NCBI GenBank assembly: GCA_043799675.1
Contig: JAZDNN010000024.1
Span: 1 to 64,000 of the forward strand
Direction: 5' to 3'
Length of the DNA: 64,000 nt
Source of the DNA: Candidatus Aenigmatarchaeota archaeon
GTDB taxonomy: Archaea > Aenigmatarchaeota > Aenigmatarchaeia > Aenigmatarchaeales > JACQIB01
Part shown: positions 10,163 to 19,070 of the stretch, one piece after another
Layout: every line of letters starts with the position of its first letter
Numbering within the stretch: position 1 is the first letter of the stretch
Notes under the pieces: generated by a model
What the model was told of the DNA's origin: nothing
Databases searched by the model: none
Seen by the model: only the letters and a program-made list of their open reading frames with translations
Program-made: the position numbers and the translations under genes

Positions 10163-10330
10163 TTACCTTTGCAATCGTCCCTTCCTCCAATGCTTGGTCT
10201 CGCTGACACGTATGCGCCTGGTCTTCGCCCGCCTCCCGAACTTCTTCAGGTCGGCCCAGCGGGGGGCGCCCTTCTTCTTGCCCGCGGCTATGAGCCTGAG
10301 CTTTTTCTGCTTGAACTTTACCGGTCCCAC
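10163..10330 (-). CDS. rpl39e: 50S ribosomal protein L39e (not in the ORF track; GTG start)
   Basis: Manual translation ...KKLRLIAAGKKKGAPRWADLKKFGRR...KHWRKGRLQR*; conserved position upstream of rpl31e. Confidence 0.8.
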   Translation of the reverse strand: MGPVKFKQKKLRLIAAGKKKGAPRWADLKKFGRRAKTRRIRVSETKHWRKGRLQR

Positions 10331-10334
10331 AAAA

Positions 10335-10574
10335 TCACCCGTAATACTCCTTCAGTATCTTCTCCCTCACGCATGAACTTATGTCTTCACGCAGCCCGGG
10401 CATGTCCTCATCGTCCGCATACTTCCCGGCCTTGGAAGCTTCCGTTATTCCCATCAGAACGGCATACCTCACGGTCTGAATATGATCCGATTCCGCAAGG
10501 TCCGCGGGGGTGCATTCCGGAGCCTGGCGATGCCCGAATGCAGCCTGCCTGCCTTTTACTCCTGCTTGTGTCAT
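10335..10574 (-). CDS. Small hypothetical protein
   Basis: 79-aa ORF tightly packed within the operon. Confidence 0.35.
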   Translation of the reverse strand: MTQAGVKGRQAAFGHRQAPECTPADLAESDHIQTVRYAVLMGITEASKAGKYADDEDMPGLREDISSCVREKILKEYYG

Positions 10575-10575
10575 A

Positions 10576-10836
10576 TCAACGCCTGATTATCTTGGTCTCT
10601 CGCTTGGTCACGAGGGTGTCCAGTATCTGCCTCAGCTTCGCGTCGGTAATCGTTTCCTTCAACTGACCCGCCTGCATGAGCTGGAGCAGGTACAGTTCCA
10701 GCTGGCTTGCAAGCATCGGATTTGCCATCCTGACGCGGCCGAGCCTCTCGATGGCCGCATTGTCGAGTATCTTGCTGAGCATCATCTTCTTCGCGACCTC
10801 GAGGTGCATCTCATCCGCTTGGGATTCCATGTTCAT
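10576..10836 (-). CDS. PDCD5-like DNA-binding protein
   Basis: ILDNAAIERLGRVRMANP...ITDAKLRQIL...KIIRR; follows rps19e. Confidence 0.9.
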   Translation of the reverse strand: MNMESQADEMHLEVAKKMMLSKILDNAAIERLGRVRMANPMLASQLELYLLQLMQAGQLKETITDAKLRQILDTLVTKRETKIIRR

Positions 10837-11252
10837 GCCGAAGCACCCGCAAGCCTGTCGAGCAGCTTCTGCGCCTTCGGCGTGATTACCCTGCCCTTCC
10901 TCGGCTTCTCGACCTTTGTCACGAATCCGGCAGCCTCGAGCTGCTGCAACATGAGCCTGATGAATTTCCCGCCGGTCTTCGCATGATGGGCCGGCTTGTG
11001 GCCGCGCCTGTGCCTGCCGCCGAAAGCGGTCCTGAGCCTCTGGGTCCCGACCGGACCGGTGAGGTAGATCTTCCTCAGGATTGCGGCGCTCCTGATGTAC
11101 CAGAAATCGGCCTGCTCCGGCGGCCTTTCGTTGCTGACACCCGACTTCGTAAATCCGGCCGCCGGGTGCGGCTTGATGGTCTCGATCTTTTTCAGTTCAG
11201 CGGCAAGCGCCGGAATGAGCTTATCCGCCGAAACTTCCTTTGCACTTGGCAT
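10833..11252 (-). CDS. rps19e: 30S ribosomal protein S19e
   Basis: KSGVSNERPP..DFWYIRSAAILRKIY, LQQLEAAG. Confidence 0.95.
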   Translation of the reverse strand: MPSAKEVSADKLIPALAAELKKIETIKPHPAAGFTKSGVSNERPPEQADFWYIRSAAILRKIYLTGPVGTQRLRTAFGGRHRRGHKPAHHAKTGGKFIRLMLQQLEAAGFVTKVEKPRKGRVITPKAQKLLDRLAGASA

Positions 11253-11320
11253 AATAGTTCAGCCCAAATACGACGCCCAATCCTTTTTAAGGTTGTTCGG
11301 AGGGGTGCCGACCTCGAAAA

Positions 11321-11554
11321 TCAAACGTGCGGGGTGGTGGTCTGATAACCCTGCTTTTTGAGCGTGTCAATCAGCTTACCGTATTCGGATGAGTTTGCAA
11401 CCGAATCGTCAATCGGGTATATTTCCATCAGCTTGTGGGTCGGATGCGCCACGCAAACCAGACAGCCCTTTTTGTAAAAGCTGACGAACACGCTTTCCTC
11501 CGATTTGAATCCATGAGCCTCTCCGATATTCTGCAAATCCGTCGTATCTACCAT
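11321..11554 (-). CDS. Hypothetical protein
   Basis: 77-aa ORF. Confidence 0.4.
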   Translation of the reverse strand: MVDTTDLQNIGEAHGFKSEESVFVSFYKKGCLVCVAHPTHKLMEIYPIDDSVANSSEYGKLIDTLKKQGYQTTTPHV

Positions 11555-11640
11555 GGCAGATATCCGACAGAAAAGGATTAAAAGGGCATGGTGCGCCGAC
11601 CGCGCGGACTGATGTCCGCTGAGTCGACCTCAGGAAAATT

Positions 11641-11817
11641 TGGTGCGCCGACAGGGATTCTCATAGCACTGCAACCCGAAGGCTGCCAAAACGCCTCTTG
11701 GCGCTTCGCGCTCATTTGAACCCTGGTCATCAGCTATCCTCTTTCTGGTGCAGGTCTTTGCCGTCAGGCAAAGAAGTGCCATGGAAGGCTGAGGTCCTAC
11801 CACTAGACTATCGGCGC
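11641..11817 (-). tRNA. tRNA-Gly(TCC) with two introns: 46 nt at 37/38 (11736-11781) and 57 nt at 59/60 (11658-11714)
   Basis: GCGCCGA acceptor stem, CTTCCA anticodon loop, CCA end; 74 nt after intron removal. Confidence 0.9.
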
Positions 11818-11847
11818 AGAGAAGCTTTGCGCACGACCCTCAAAAGC

Positions 11848-12540
11848 TTATTGCTTGCGGTAGAAAAGGTACGAGCGGCTCCTGGAAACGTCGGCCCTGT
11901 ATTCGAGACCTATGTCCAGTTCCTTCATCGCGGCCTCGCTGACGATGACATTCATGTTGGTCCCGTCGTTGTCGGGCGCGGTCAGGCCGGCCCACTGGCT
12001 GTTCTTTATGTTGTCTATGACCATCAGCCCGCCGCGGTTCATGTTCTTCGCCATGTTGGCCACGGCAAGCAGCCTCTGGCCGTCGATATCAGTGTCCGAC
12101 CCGTTCCCTATGTGCTCGAAAACGTTGAGGCATTCGACATAATGGAAGGGGCCCAATCCGCTCAGGTCGGCGGTGACTATGTCACCCTGCACGCAATTGG
12201 TGCGAAGGCCGCCTCTTTCCCTGGCTTCCTCAAGCGCGGCGGCATCCACGTCCAAAACGTGTACCACGAAATCCTTCTCGTATTCCGCGAACTTCCTTGC
12301 AAGCTCCACGTGGCGGATTGCGCACGTCTTGTCCTGGGCGGACTTCTTACCGACCCCAACAAGGAGGGCGTTCATCTCTCCACCGACGTTGTGAAGGAAA
12401 CCGTCCAGATAGTCGTCCACCTTCAGATGTCTGTCCGGATATGAAACGTCAGAAATCATGTCAAGCGAATGGGGCCTGTAACTTCCCCTCACTTTCTCCT
12501 GCCACTCAGGCGTCAGAAGCGCTGCCATGCTTATATTCAC
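11848..12540 (-). CDS. Class I SAM-dependent methyltransferase-like protein
   Basis: VLDVDAAALEEA, QGDI, CLNVFEHI, GGLMVI. Confidence 0.65.
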   Translation of the reverse strand: MNISMAALLTPEWQEKVRGSYRPHSLDMISDVSYPDRHLKVDDYLDGFLHNVGGEMNALLVGVGKKSAQDKTCAIRHVELARKFAEYEKDFVVHVLDVDAAALEEARERGGLRTNCVQGDIVTADLSGLGPFHYVECLNVFEHIGNGSDTDIDGQRLLAVANMAKNMNRGGLMVIDNIKNSQWAGLTAPDNDGTNMNVIVSEAAMKELDIGLEYRADVSRSRSYLFYRKQ

Positions 12541-12565
12541 TGTGTAGTAGTATATAAAGTTATCC

Positions 12566-13003
12566 TTACTCGAGCGCTTTCCGTATCATGTCGGCGGCCT
12601 TCTCCATCTGCTCCTTGGACATCTGCTTGCGGGCGGTCCAATTGATGGCCTCCCCGTGGCCGTCATCTGCAAAGCGGGGGATGAGATTTATGTGAGCGTG
12701 CTGGACCAGCTGGCCGACCGCCGCCCCGACCACCCATTCTGTGCCCAGGCCCTTCTGCATCGCCTTCGCCACCTTCCTGGCAAACTCGAAATAGGATCCG
12801 GCATCCGGGATGTCCCAGACCCAGCGGCAGTGGTCCTTCGGAATGACAAGCACGTGGCCGGGATTCAGCGGGGTTATGTCAAGGAACGCTTCGAAATCCC
12901 CGTCCTTGCAGATGCTGAAGGACGGTACCTTGCCTTCCACGATCCTGCAGAAGACGCAGTTGGGGTCCCTCTTGGCGCTCGGATGTGGCTTGTATTCGGG
13001 CAT
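12566..13003 (-). CDS. HIT family protein
   Basis: CVFCRIV, AFLDITPLNPGHVLVIPK, HAHIN. Confidence 0.9.
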   Translation of the reverse strand: MPEYKPHPSAKRDPNCVFCRIVEGKVPSFSICKDGDFEAFLDITPLNPGHVLVIPKDHCRWVWDIPDAGSYFEFARKVAKAMQKGLGTEWVVGAAVGQLVQHAHINLIPRFADDGHGEAINWTARKQMSKEQMEKAADMIRKALE

Positions 13004-13007
13004 ACGC

Positions 13008-13298
13008 TCACTTCAGCAGATAGGCATAAAAATGCGTGCTATCCGGAAAGATCGAGAGAATGAACTTTTCGGCTTCTGCAACATCCTTGGACTGAGGGGA
13101 AATCTTCCGCCAATTGTTTTGGAAGAATTCGTCGCCAAGGTCAAAGGGGACGACACTGCCTATAGACTTTCGCAGAATACGGCGACCGCACTGGAAGACC
13201 GCATTTTCACCATGAAGCAGGCGGGTGCGGACCTCGATGGTCTTGCTGCCGGCCTCCAGCGTCTCGAACACCGGCTTGTACACGCGGAACAACGGCAT
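13008..13298 (-). CDS. ASCH/PUA-like domain protein
   Basis: FETLEAGSKTIEVR motif; start placed downstream of tRNA-Trp. Confidence 0.55.
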   Translation of the reverse strand: MPLFRVYKPVFETLEAGSKTIEVRTRLLHGENAVFQCGRRILRKSIGSVVPFDLGDEFFQNNWRKISPQSKDVAEAEKFILSIFPDSTHFYAYLLK

Positions 13299-13299
13299 A

Positions 13300-13463
13300 T
13301 GGTGGGGTCGGAGAGATTTGAACTCCCGTCCGCTGGTATCACCATCGGGCAATCATCACGGTCATATTTGGCCGCTCATCGCTCCAGCAACATTCTGGAG
13401 CCAGCTATCCTGCCTGGCTTTGTCAGACGCAAGACCTAACTTGCGCCTTTAGACTACGACCCC
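13300..13463 (-). tRNA. tRNA-Trp(CCA) with two introns: 31 nt at 14/15 (13419-13449) and 57 nt at 37/38 (13338-13394, C/D-box-guide-like)
   Basis: GGGGTCG acceptor stem, CTCCAGA loop; 76 nt mature. Confidence 0.9.
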
Positions 13464-13547
13464 ATTGCTTTCAGAGGACGGGAGTATAAAAAGCGGAGTG
13501 GAGCCTTTAGTCTCCACGCCACTTGCGAAACCCAAAAAAAGGTGGAG

Positions 13548-13635
13548 TGGAGCCTCGGGAGGGAATTGCACCCTCGACCTGCTGTTTGCTTGGTTGCTTA
13601 CAAGACAGCCGCTCTTCTGCCTGAGCCACCGAGGC
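13548..13635 (-). tRNA. tRNA-Thr(TGT) with a 12-nt intron at 37/38 (13587-13598)
   Basis: Cloverleaf of 76 nt after removal; central helix CTTG/CAAG with 3-nt bulges. Confidence 0.92.
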
Positions 13636-13670
13636 AAGAGATTTAATAGGCCGAGTCTTAAAAGCTTGGC

Positions 13671-14369
13671 ATGAAAGCAAGGGTCTCGGTCGTGGTTTGC
13701 GCAAGGAACGAGGAGAAGGTCATAGGAGCCTGCCTGGAAGCGCTCAAGAAACAGACGGCCTGCCCGGAGATAATCGTCATTGACGGACACTCGACGGACA
13801 GGACCAGGGAGATAGCCAAGAAGCATGCGGACAGGGTCATCCTGGACAACGGGAAGGGAATAGGGGATGCGAGGAACATCGGCTGGAAGGCGGCAACACA
13901 CGGAATAGTGGCCTTTTGCGATGCGGATGCGAGACCGCCGCCGGACTGGGTGGAGAACATAGGAAAGCTGATTGACGACAACGCGGCCGTCAACGGGCCC
14001 CTCGTGCCTTACGATGCGCACAGATTCAGGACAAAGCTCACGATGAAGATATGGACGGACATTTTTTTGAGGGCGGGCTCGGCTGTCAGATACCCTATAG
14101 TGTGCGCGGCCAATGTGGCTTTCAGGAAAAGCATGCTGGAAAAGTATCCGTTCAGGCTCAACGCGCCCACCGAAGACTTCGATGTGGGCAGGAGGATGAG
14201 GCACGCGGGCAGGATAAGGTTCTTCAGCGAACTCCGTATGCCCATATCCGGCAGGAGATTCGAGAACAAGTTCTACAGGCGGACGGCCGTGATTTACCTA
14301 AGGAACTATTTCAGGGTCACGGTAGGGAAGGAAGCGAAGGACTTCGGATATTTCGAAAACAAGGGCTAG
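13671..14369 (+). CDS. Glycosyltransferase family 2
   Basis: VVVCARNEE, IDGHSTDRT, FCDAD, EDFD. Confidence 0.9.
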   Translation: MKARVSVVVCARNEEKVIGACLEALKKQTACPEIIVIDGHSTDRTREIAKKHADRVILDNGKGIGDARNIGWKAATHGIVAFCDADARPPPDWVENIGKLIDDNAAVNGPLVPYDAHRFRTKLTMKIWTDIFLRAGSAVRYPIVCAANVAFRKSMLEKYPFRLNAPTEDFDVGRRMRHAGRIRFFSELRMPISGRRFENKFYRRTAVIYLRNYFRVTVGKEAKDFGYFENKG

Positions 14370-14743
14370 AACAGGAGAATTATCCATATCGTAAGGGCTA
14401 TCAGGAAGCCCGAACCGAACGCTATGCCGAGCGGTATCTCGATGGGGACGCGTCCGCAGACATCATAGAGACAGGACTTCTGATACTTCCACCAGCCCTT
14501 CCCTGTCCCCCAAAGCTCCCATAAAATGTCAACGATGAAGGCGATGACACCGAATTCTACCATCAGCACAGACCTCAGTACCGCAAATGCAAAAGAGAAG
14601 AAAATCACGGCGATGATCAGTCCCTTCAACAGGAAGGTCTGCTCGCTCTTCAGGAGCAGATATTCCGGTCTTTTCAACGCAAGCCTGTACTCGTGCCTGA
14701 GGGCGTCATACTTCCGCTTCAGCAACCGGTAATCCCGCATCAT
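14366..14743 (-). CDS. Small membrane protein (paralog of the adjacent gene)
   Basis: Hydrophobic segments; ELWGTGKGWWKY...GRVPIEIP. Confidence 0.7.
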   Translation of the reverse strand: MMRDYRLLKRKYDALRHEYRLALKRPEYLLLKSEQTFLLKGLIIAVIFFSFAFAVLRSVLMVEFGVIAFIVDILWELWGTGKGWWKYQKSCLYDVCGRVPIEIPLGIAFGSGFLIALTIWIILLF

Positions 14744-14744
14744 A

Positions 14745-15134
14745 TCACAACCCGAACATCCTGACAAGCACGAATGTGGCAAGGGAGGCCCCGGAGAAGA
14801 AATAGAAGACCGGTATCCCTATCGGCACCCTTCCGGCAATCATGTGCACTGAGTTCTCGTAGTTCCAGCGGCCGTTCTTGGTCGCGTACAACTCCATCAC
14901 GAGCTCGCCGGCGGATATCAGCGCACCCATTATGAAAATCACCGGATGATGATACCAGACGATGCCGAACACCGCGATTACCAGGAACGGGATGACCAGG
15001 GACCGCTTGCTCACAAGGGCGACCCTCTTTCTGGTAGGGAGGCGCCTTTCGTACCTTGCCCTCAGGTTCTTGTAGCGGATCTTCAGCTCCGCATATTTGC
15101 GCTCGAGCTTCCGGTATGCGGCATCCATCTCCAT
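14745..15134 (-). CDS. Small membrane protein (paralog of the adjacent gene)
   Basis: ELYATKNGRWNY...GRVPIGIP. Confidence 0.7.
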   Translation of the reverse strand: MEMDAAYRKLERKYAELKIRYKNLRARYERRLPTRKRVALVSKRSLVIPFLVIAVFGIVWYHHPVIFIMGALISAGELVMELYATKNGRWNYENSVHMIAGRVPIGIPVFYFFSGASLATFVLVRMFGL

Positions 15135-15224
15135 AAGAGACCTGTTTCGGCGGCGGGCTTATAAAAATAGCTGAACGGCCGGAAGGGTTATAAGAGTTCT
15201 GGCAGCGTTATTGAAGCGAAATGT

Positions 15225-16541
15225 ATGGGGTATGACCTGGTCATAGCGGGCTGCGGAACGGCCGGAGCGGCCGCGGCCCTGACTGCGGCAAAAGCGGGGC
15301 TGAAAGTCTGCGTCGTAGAACGGAAGGACAGGGCGGACATAGGAAGGAAGACCTGCGGGGACGCAATCCACGTGGACCACCTCGAATTCGCAAAAAAGCT
15401 CGGCGTGCAGTTCGGTGAGAAGGAGCTCCTTAACAAGATAACCGGAATGTACCTGATTGCGCCGAACAAGAAGGACATGATTTACGTCGAGGACGAGGGA
15501 TACTGCGTAAACAGGCGGTTGTTCGGGCAGAAGCTCGTTTCCGAGGTGGAAAAGGAAGCCAAGCTGCTGAAGGTCAGCGCGATGGGACCCATCGTCGACG
15601 GGGAGAAGGTCACCGGAATAATCACGGACAGGGGAAGGCTTGATGCGACCGTCACCATCGATGCGACCGGAGTGACGGGCATCCTGAGAAAGCAGATACC
15701 TTTCCAGACCGATTTCCCGAAGGAGATGCAGGTCAACGATTTTGCAAAGGCCTACAGGGGCATAGTGCAGATAGAAGGCGAGTTCGATACGCCGCAGGCG
15801 ATCAAGATAGAATTCAACAACGAAGTGGCTCCCGGAGGTTACATCTGGTATTTCCCGAAGGCAAAGAACGTCCTGAACATCGGAATAGGGCTGAAAGGAA
15901 ATTCTTCCGCACAGGAGAACTACAACAAGTTCGTGGCAAGCCAGTTCGGAATAATAAAAGTGCTGGACGCGTCCGCATGGGCGCTGCCGATAAGGCGGCC
16001 GCTGGACGGGTTCGTGGCCAACGGTTTCATGATAATAGGGGATACCGCCTCACAGGTCAACCCGCTGGACGGGGCGGGAATAGGCTATTCGATGCGCGGC
16101 GGGGCGATGGCGGCCGAAGCCGCAACAGAAGCGGGAGAGCAACCGACACGGGAGAGGCTGTGGAAATACAACCACCGGTTCCAGACCGAAATAGGGATCA
16201 AGCACGTGCAATCGGCGATATTCGTGGAAGCGCTTGCTTCTTTGAGCAACGAGGACCTGAACTTCGTTTTCGGTAAGAAACTGATAAACACGGACGACAT
16301 TAAGCGGTCCTACACCGGCAGCATGAAGCTCAGCACTGCGCAAAAACTGAAGAAGGTGATGGCCGGGGCGGGAAGGCCGGAAGTGCTGTCCAAGCTCTAC
16401 AAGGTGGTGAGCCTGGCCAACGAGGCCAAAGAACACTACAAACGGTATCCTGAAACGCCTGCAGACCTGCCGATGTGGGCCGCACTCTCCAAACGAATAT
16501 TCGAAAGGTCGGCACAGGCGTTCCCGGCTTTCGGCACGTGA
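15225..16541 (+). CDS. Geranylgeranyl reductase family flavoprotein
   Basis: IAGCGTAG, KTCGDA, GYIWYFPK, IGDTASQVNPLDGAGI. Confidence 0.9.
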   Translation: MGYDLVIAGCGTAGAAAALTAAKAGLKVCVVERKDRADIGRKTCGDAIHVDHLEFAKKLGVQFGEKELLNKITGMYLIAPNKKDMIYVEDEGYCVNRRLFGQKLVSEVEKEAKLLKVSAMGPIVDGEKVTGIITDRGRLDATVTIDATGVTGILRKQIPFQTDFPKEMQVNDFAKAYRGIVQIEGEFDTPQAIKIEFNNEVAPGGYIWYFPKAKNVLNIGIGLKGNSSAQENYNKFVASQFGIIKVLDASAWALPIRRPLDGFVANGFMIIGDTASQVNPLDGAGIGYSMRGGAMAAEAATEAGEQPTRERLWKYNHRFQTEIGIKHVQSAIFVEALASLSNEDLNFVFGKKLINTDDIKRSYTGSMKLSTAQKLKKVMAGAGRPEVLSKLYKVVSLANEAKEHYKRYPETPADLPMWAALSKRIFERSAQAFPAFGT

Positions 16542-16545
16542 TGAG

Positions 16546-17610
16546 ATGGAAAACGAACGGATGTGGTCGCTGGACACCTCGACCAAGGTAAAGGGCCTGA
16601 CCTGGTGGTGGTGGTGGTGGCTTTTCTTCATCGACAACCCTTCGAACCCAGCAAGGCCGAGGCAGTTGATGATACTGTGGTCGACCAAGAACTGCAAGAA
16701 AGTAAGGATTGACGATTATGATTGGAAACGGAAGCATGATGCGCAGAAAGAAGGCAATAACCTGAAGTTCAACGGGATGGCCGCGGCCTGGTACTTCGAT
16801 GGGAAGCAGATGCACGACCCCCTGCTGCTGGACGAGCACGAGCTAAAGGCAGAATGGTCTGACAATGCCGGAAAACTACATACTGATGGGGCAACAAGGC
16901 TGTTCGAGGGCAATGACAAGGAATACAAGGTCAAGATAGAGCACAACGGACAGAACTTCGACTTCAAGCTGTTGCCGTGGACAAATTTCCAGTCGGAGCC
17001 GCATTATTCCGGGCGGAAATATGTAGGCAAGCTGGGCTACGACATCCTGAAAGTCCGCGGAGTAAAACTTGATGGAAAGATAAACGGAGAGCATGTGACA
17101 GGCACTGCATACTTCCAGAAGGTGATGGTGAACGCCCCTGCGGTGCCGTGGTACTGGGGCATGTTCCATTTCGAGGACGGCTCCTACTTCGATTATTTCA
17201 TGCCACACGTGGGACTGCAGTGCCTCAGGAGGTCTGATAAACCGAAGAGCGCGTGGGACCGCGGGCATGTGTTCATGGCACGGAATGCACAATTTTTCCA
17301 TGAGCCGACCGGGAAGCATTACACGTTCAAGAAAGCGGGAATCAAAAAACTGGTCGAGAACGGCCTGCCGATATTCCAGCTGACTGCCAAAGAGAACGGA
17401 GTCAGCATCAAGGCAAACATGGCGGCATACAGCCGCGCATGCTGGAGGTTCGAGCAGAAAGCCTTGGGGCTCAAGACGAAGCTGTTCTACAACGAATATC
17501 CCACGGAGATGCTGGAATTCGAGCTGAAGGATAAGGAAAGGACAATTACCAAGAAAGAACTTGGTCAGAGCAAAGGCAACACGGAGCATGCATGGGGGAC
17601 GCTGGCGTAA
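16546..17610 (+). CDS. Conserved hypothetical protein, tocopherol-cyclase/AttH-like lipocalin fold suspected
   Basis: Trp-rich N-terminal motif, GTAYFQKV...PWYWG. Confidence 0.6.
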   Translation: MENERMWSLDTSTKVKGLTWWWWWWLFFIDNPSNPARPRQLMILWSTKNCKKVRIDDYDWKRKHDAQKEGNNLKFNGMAAAWYFDGKQMHDPLLLDEHELKAEWSDNAGKLHTDGATRLFEGNDKEYKVKIEHNGQNFDFKLLPWTNFQSEPHYSGRKYVGKLGYDILKVRGVKLDGKINGEHVTGTAYFQKVMVNAPAVPWYWGMFHFEDGSYFDYFMPHVGLQCLRRSDKPKSAWDRGHVFMARNAQFFHEPTGKHYTFKKAGIKKLVENGLPIFQLTAKENGVSIKANMAAYSRACWRFEQKALGLKTKLFYNEYPTEMLEFELKDKERTITKKELGQSKGNTEHAWGTLA

Positions 17611-17649
17611 GTCATAGAGCATAAATACTCTTCGGCAGCTAATCTTTCC

Positions 17650-18306
17650 ATGATAAAATTCATCATCAACGGCGACGACTTCTGTGCAAGCAAGGTGTTC
17701 AACGGGAAAATACTGAATCTCCTCGAAAAGGGCTACATCAAATCGACCACCGTCATGGTCAACAGGGTCACCGAGGAACAGGAAGGGCAGATAAGGCAGC
17801 TATCCAGGCTATACAATGAAAGAATAGTAGGTGTCGGACTTCACCTTGAGTACGACGAAAAACTACCGGTCCGCAAAGCCGTCGAATCGCAATACGGGAG
17901 ATTCGTCAGAATTTTCGACTGCCCGCCTAGCCACATCGATTTTCATAAGGGAAGGGGCATGCCGGAGGCCCAATTCATTAAGATGTTCACGGCCGGCGAC
18001 AAGTTCGCAAAGGAGCACGGCCTTCCCGCAAGGAATCGCGGGACGGCAATGACGGCAAGACACACCGCCTATCCGGCATTCATGTGCAAGGACATAACCC
18101 TGGATTTCGAGGAAGTGACGGGATTTCTCCTTGGCGTGAAGGACGGCAGCAGCTGTGAGCTGATAACCCATCCGGGCGAATATGACCCCTTCAGCAAATC
18201 CAGCCGGAACAGGGAAAGGAAAGTGGACTATGACGTCATAGTCAGGCTGCAGGACTTCCTCAAGACGCACCCGAATTTCAGGAACATCAGCTATCTTGAG
18301 CTGTAG
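17650..18306 (+). CDS. ChbG/YdjC family deacetylase
   Basis: IINGDDF, GVGLHL, PSHIDFH, ELITHPG. Confidence 0.88.
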   Translation: MIKFIINGDDFCASKVFNGKILNLLEKGYIKSTTVMVNRVTEEQEGQIRQLSRLYNERIVGVGLHLEYDEKLPVRKAVESQYGRFVRIFDCPPSHIDFHKGRGMPEAQFIKMFTAGDKFAKEHGLPARNRGTAMTARHTAYPAFMCKDITLDFEEVTGFLLGVKDGSSCELITHPGEYDPFSKSSRNRERKVDYDVIVRLQDFLKTHPNFRNISYLEL

Positions 18307-18315
18307 AGAATTAGA

Positions 18316-18568
18316 TGGTGTCGGGGATGGGGTTTCCAGTGAACTTCGTTCACAGTCAAGCGAACGGAGTTCCGCTTTGAACCCACGACCTCGCGATCTC
18401 TCACAGACTCATAGCTCCGCCGCAAGCGGCAAATTGCTTTTGCCACCTTCGGTGGTTAAGCGAGTCTCAAATCTCATAATCTTGTTATGAGTCGCGCGCT
18501 TTTGGTTATCGAATCTACCAGGCTTTGCCGGCTGCATGACGCATCATGCGACCATGAGCCACCCCGAC
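18316..18568 (-). tRNA. tRNA-Met(CAT), probably elongator, with four introns: 14/15 (18524-18554, 31 nt), 22/23 (18501-18514, 14 nt), 37/38 (18398-18485, 88 nt), 59/60 (18333-18375, 43 nt)
   Basis: 253 nt minus 176 nt of introns gives a 77-nt cloverleaf with CCA; each junction has BHB/BHL geometry. Confidence 0.85.
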
Positions 18569-18599
18569 TGTTCTGATTGAATGCAAGAATTCAAATAGG

Positions 18600-19040
18600 T
18601 TAGCCAAAGCTCTCGAGGGGCGGCATTACCCGGGTGTTTCCGTCCCACAGGCCGAAATAGTTCCGGAAGAGCGGGTCATGAACCTTTGGCCTCAGTTTTC
18701 CATAATTGGTATGTCTGAATATCTTTTCGATTGCAGCAGCCTTCGCCGCCCTTTCTTTTATTTTATCCCTGCTGACGTCGAACCCGCAGACGAAGCATTT
18801 CAGGTAATAATCCGTCCCGATGGAATCCTTCCCGGTGAACACCTTCACCATGCCCAGCGGGAATTCCGACGACGGGATGCCCTCGTCCGGCCACCCGTTG
18901 GAAGGCTCCGCTTCCAGCTCGGCGGAAATCGCGTTCTTGACCATGTCGTAAACGATGCCGTTCTTTTCGTGCTTCTTGCCAACGGGCGTCAACGAGCCGC
19001 ATCTCATGCAGGGGTCCTTGGTCAGCCAGTACATCAACAT
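18600..19040 (-). CDS. Hypothetical zinc-ribbon protein
   Basis: CMRC and CFVC pairs; start moved downstream of tRNA-Lys. Confidence 0.5.
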   Translation of the reverse strand: MLMYWLTKDPCMRCGSLTPVGKKHEKNGIVYDMVKNAISAELEAEPSNGWPDEGIPSSEFPLGMVKVFTGKDSIGTDYYLKCFVCGFDVSRDKIKERAAKAAAIEKIFRHTNYGKLRPKVHDPLFRNYFGLWDGNTRVMPPLESFG

Positions 19041-19070
19041 CGTTGTGTGAGAAAGGGATAAATCGACGAG

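Noticed and set aside
16603..16620. (TGG)6 run as a contingency repeat
   Set aside because: It is an in-frame Trp tract inside an intact ORF, with no evidence of phase variation.
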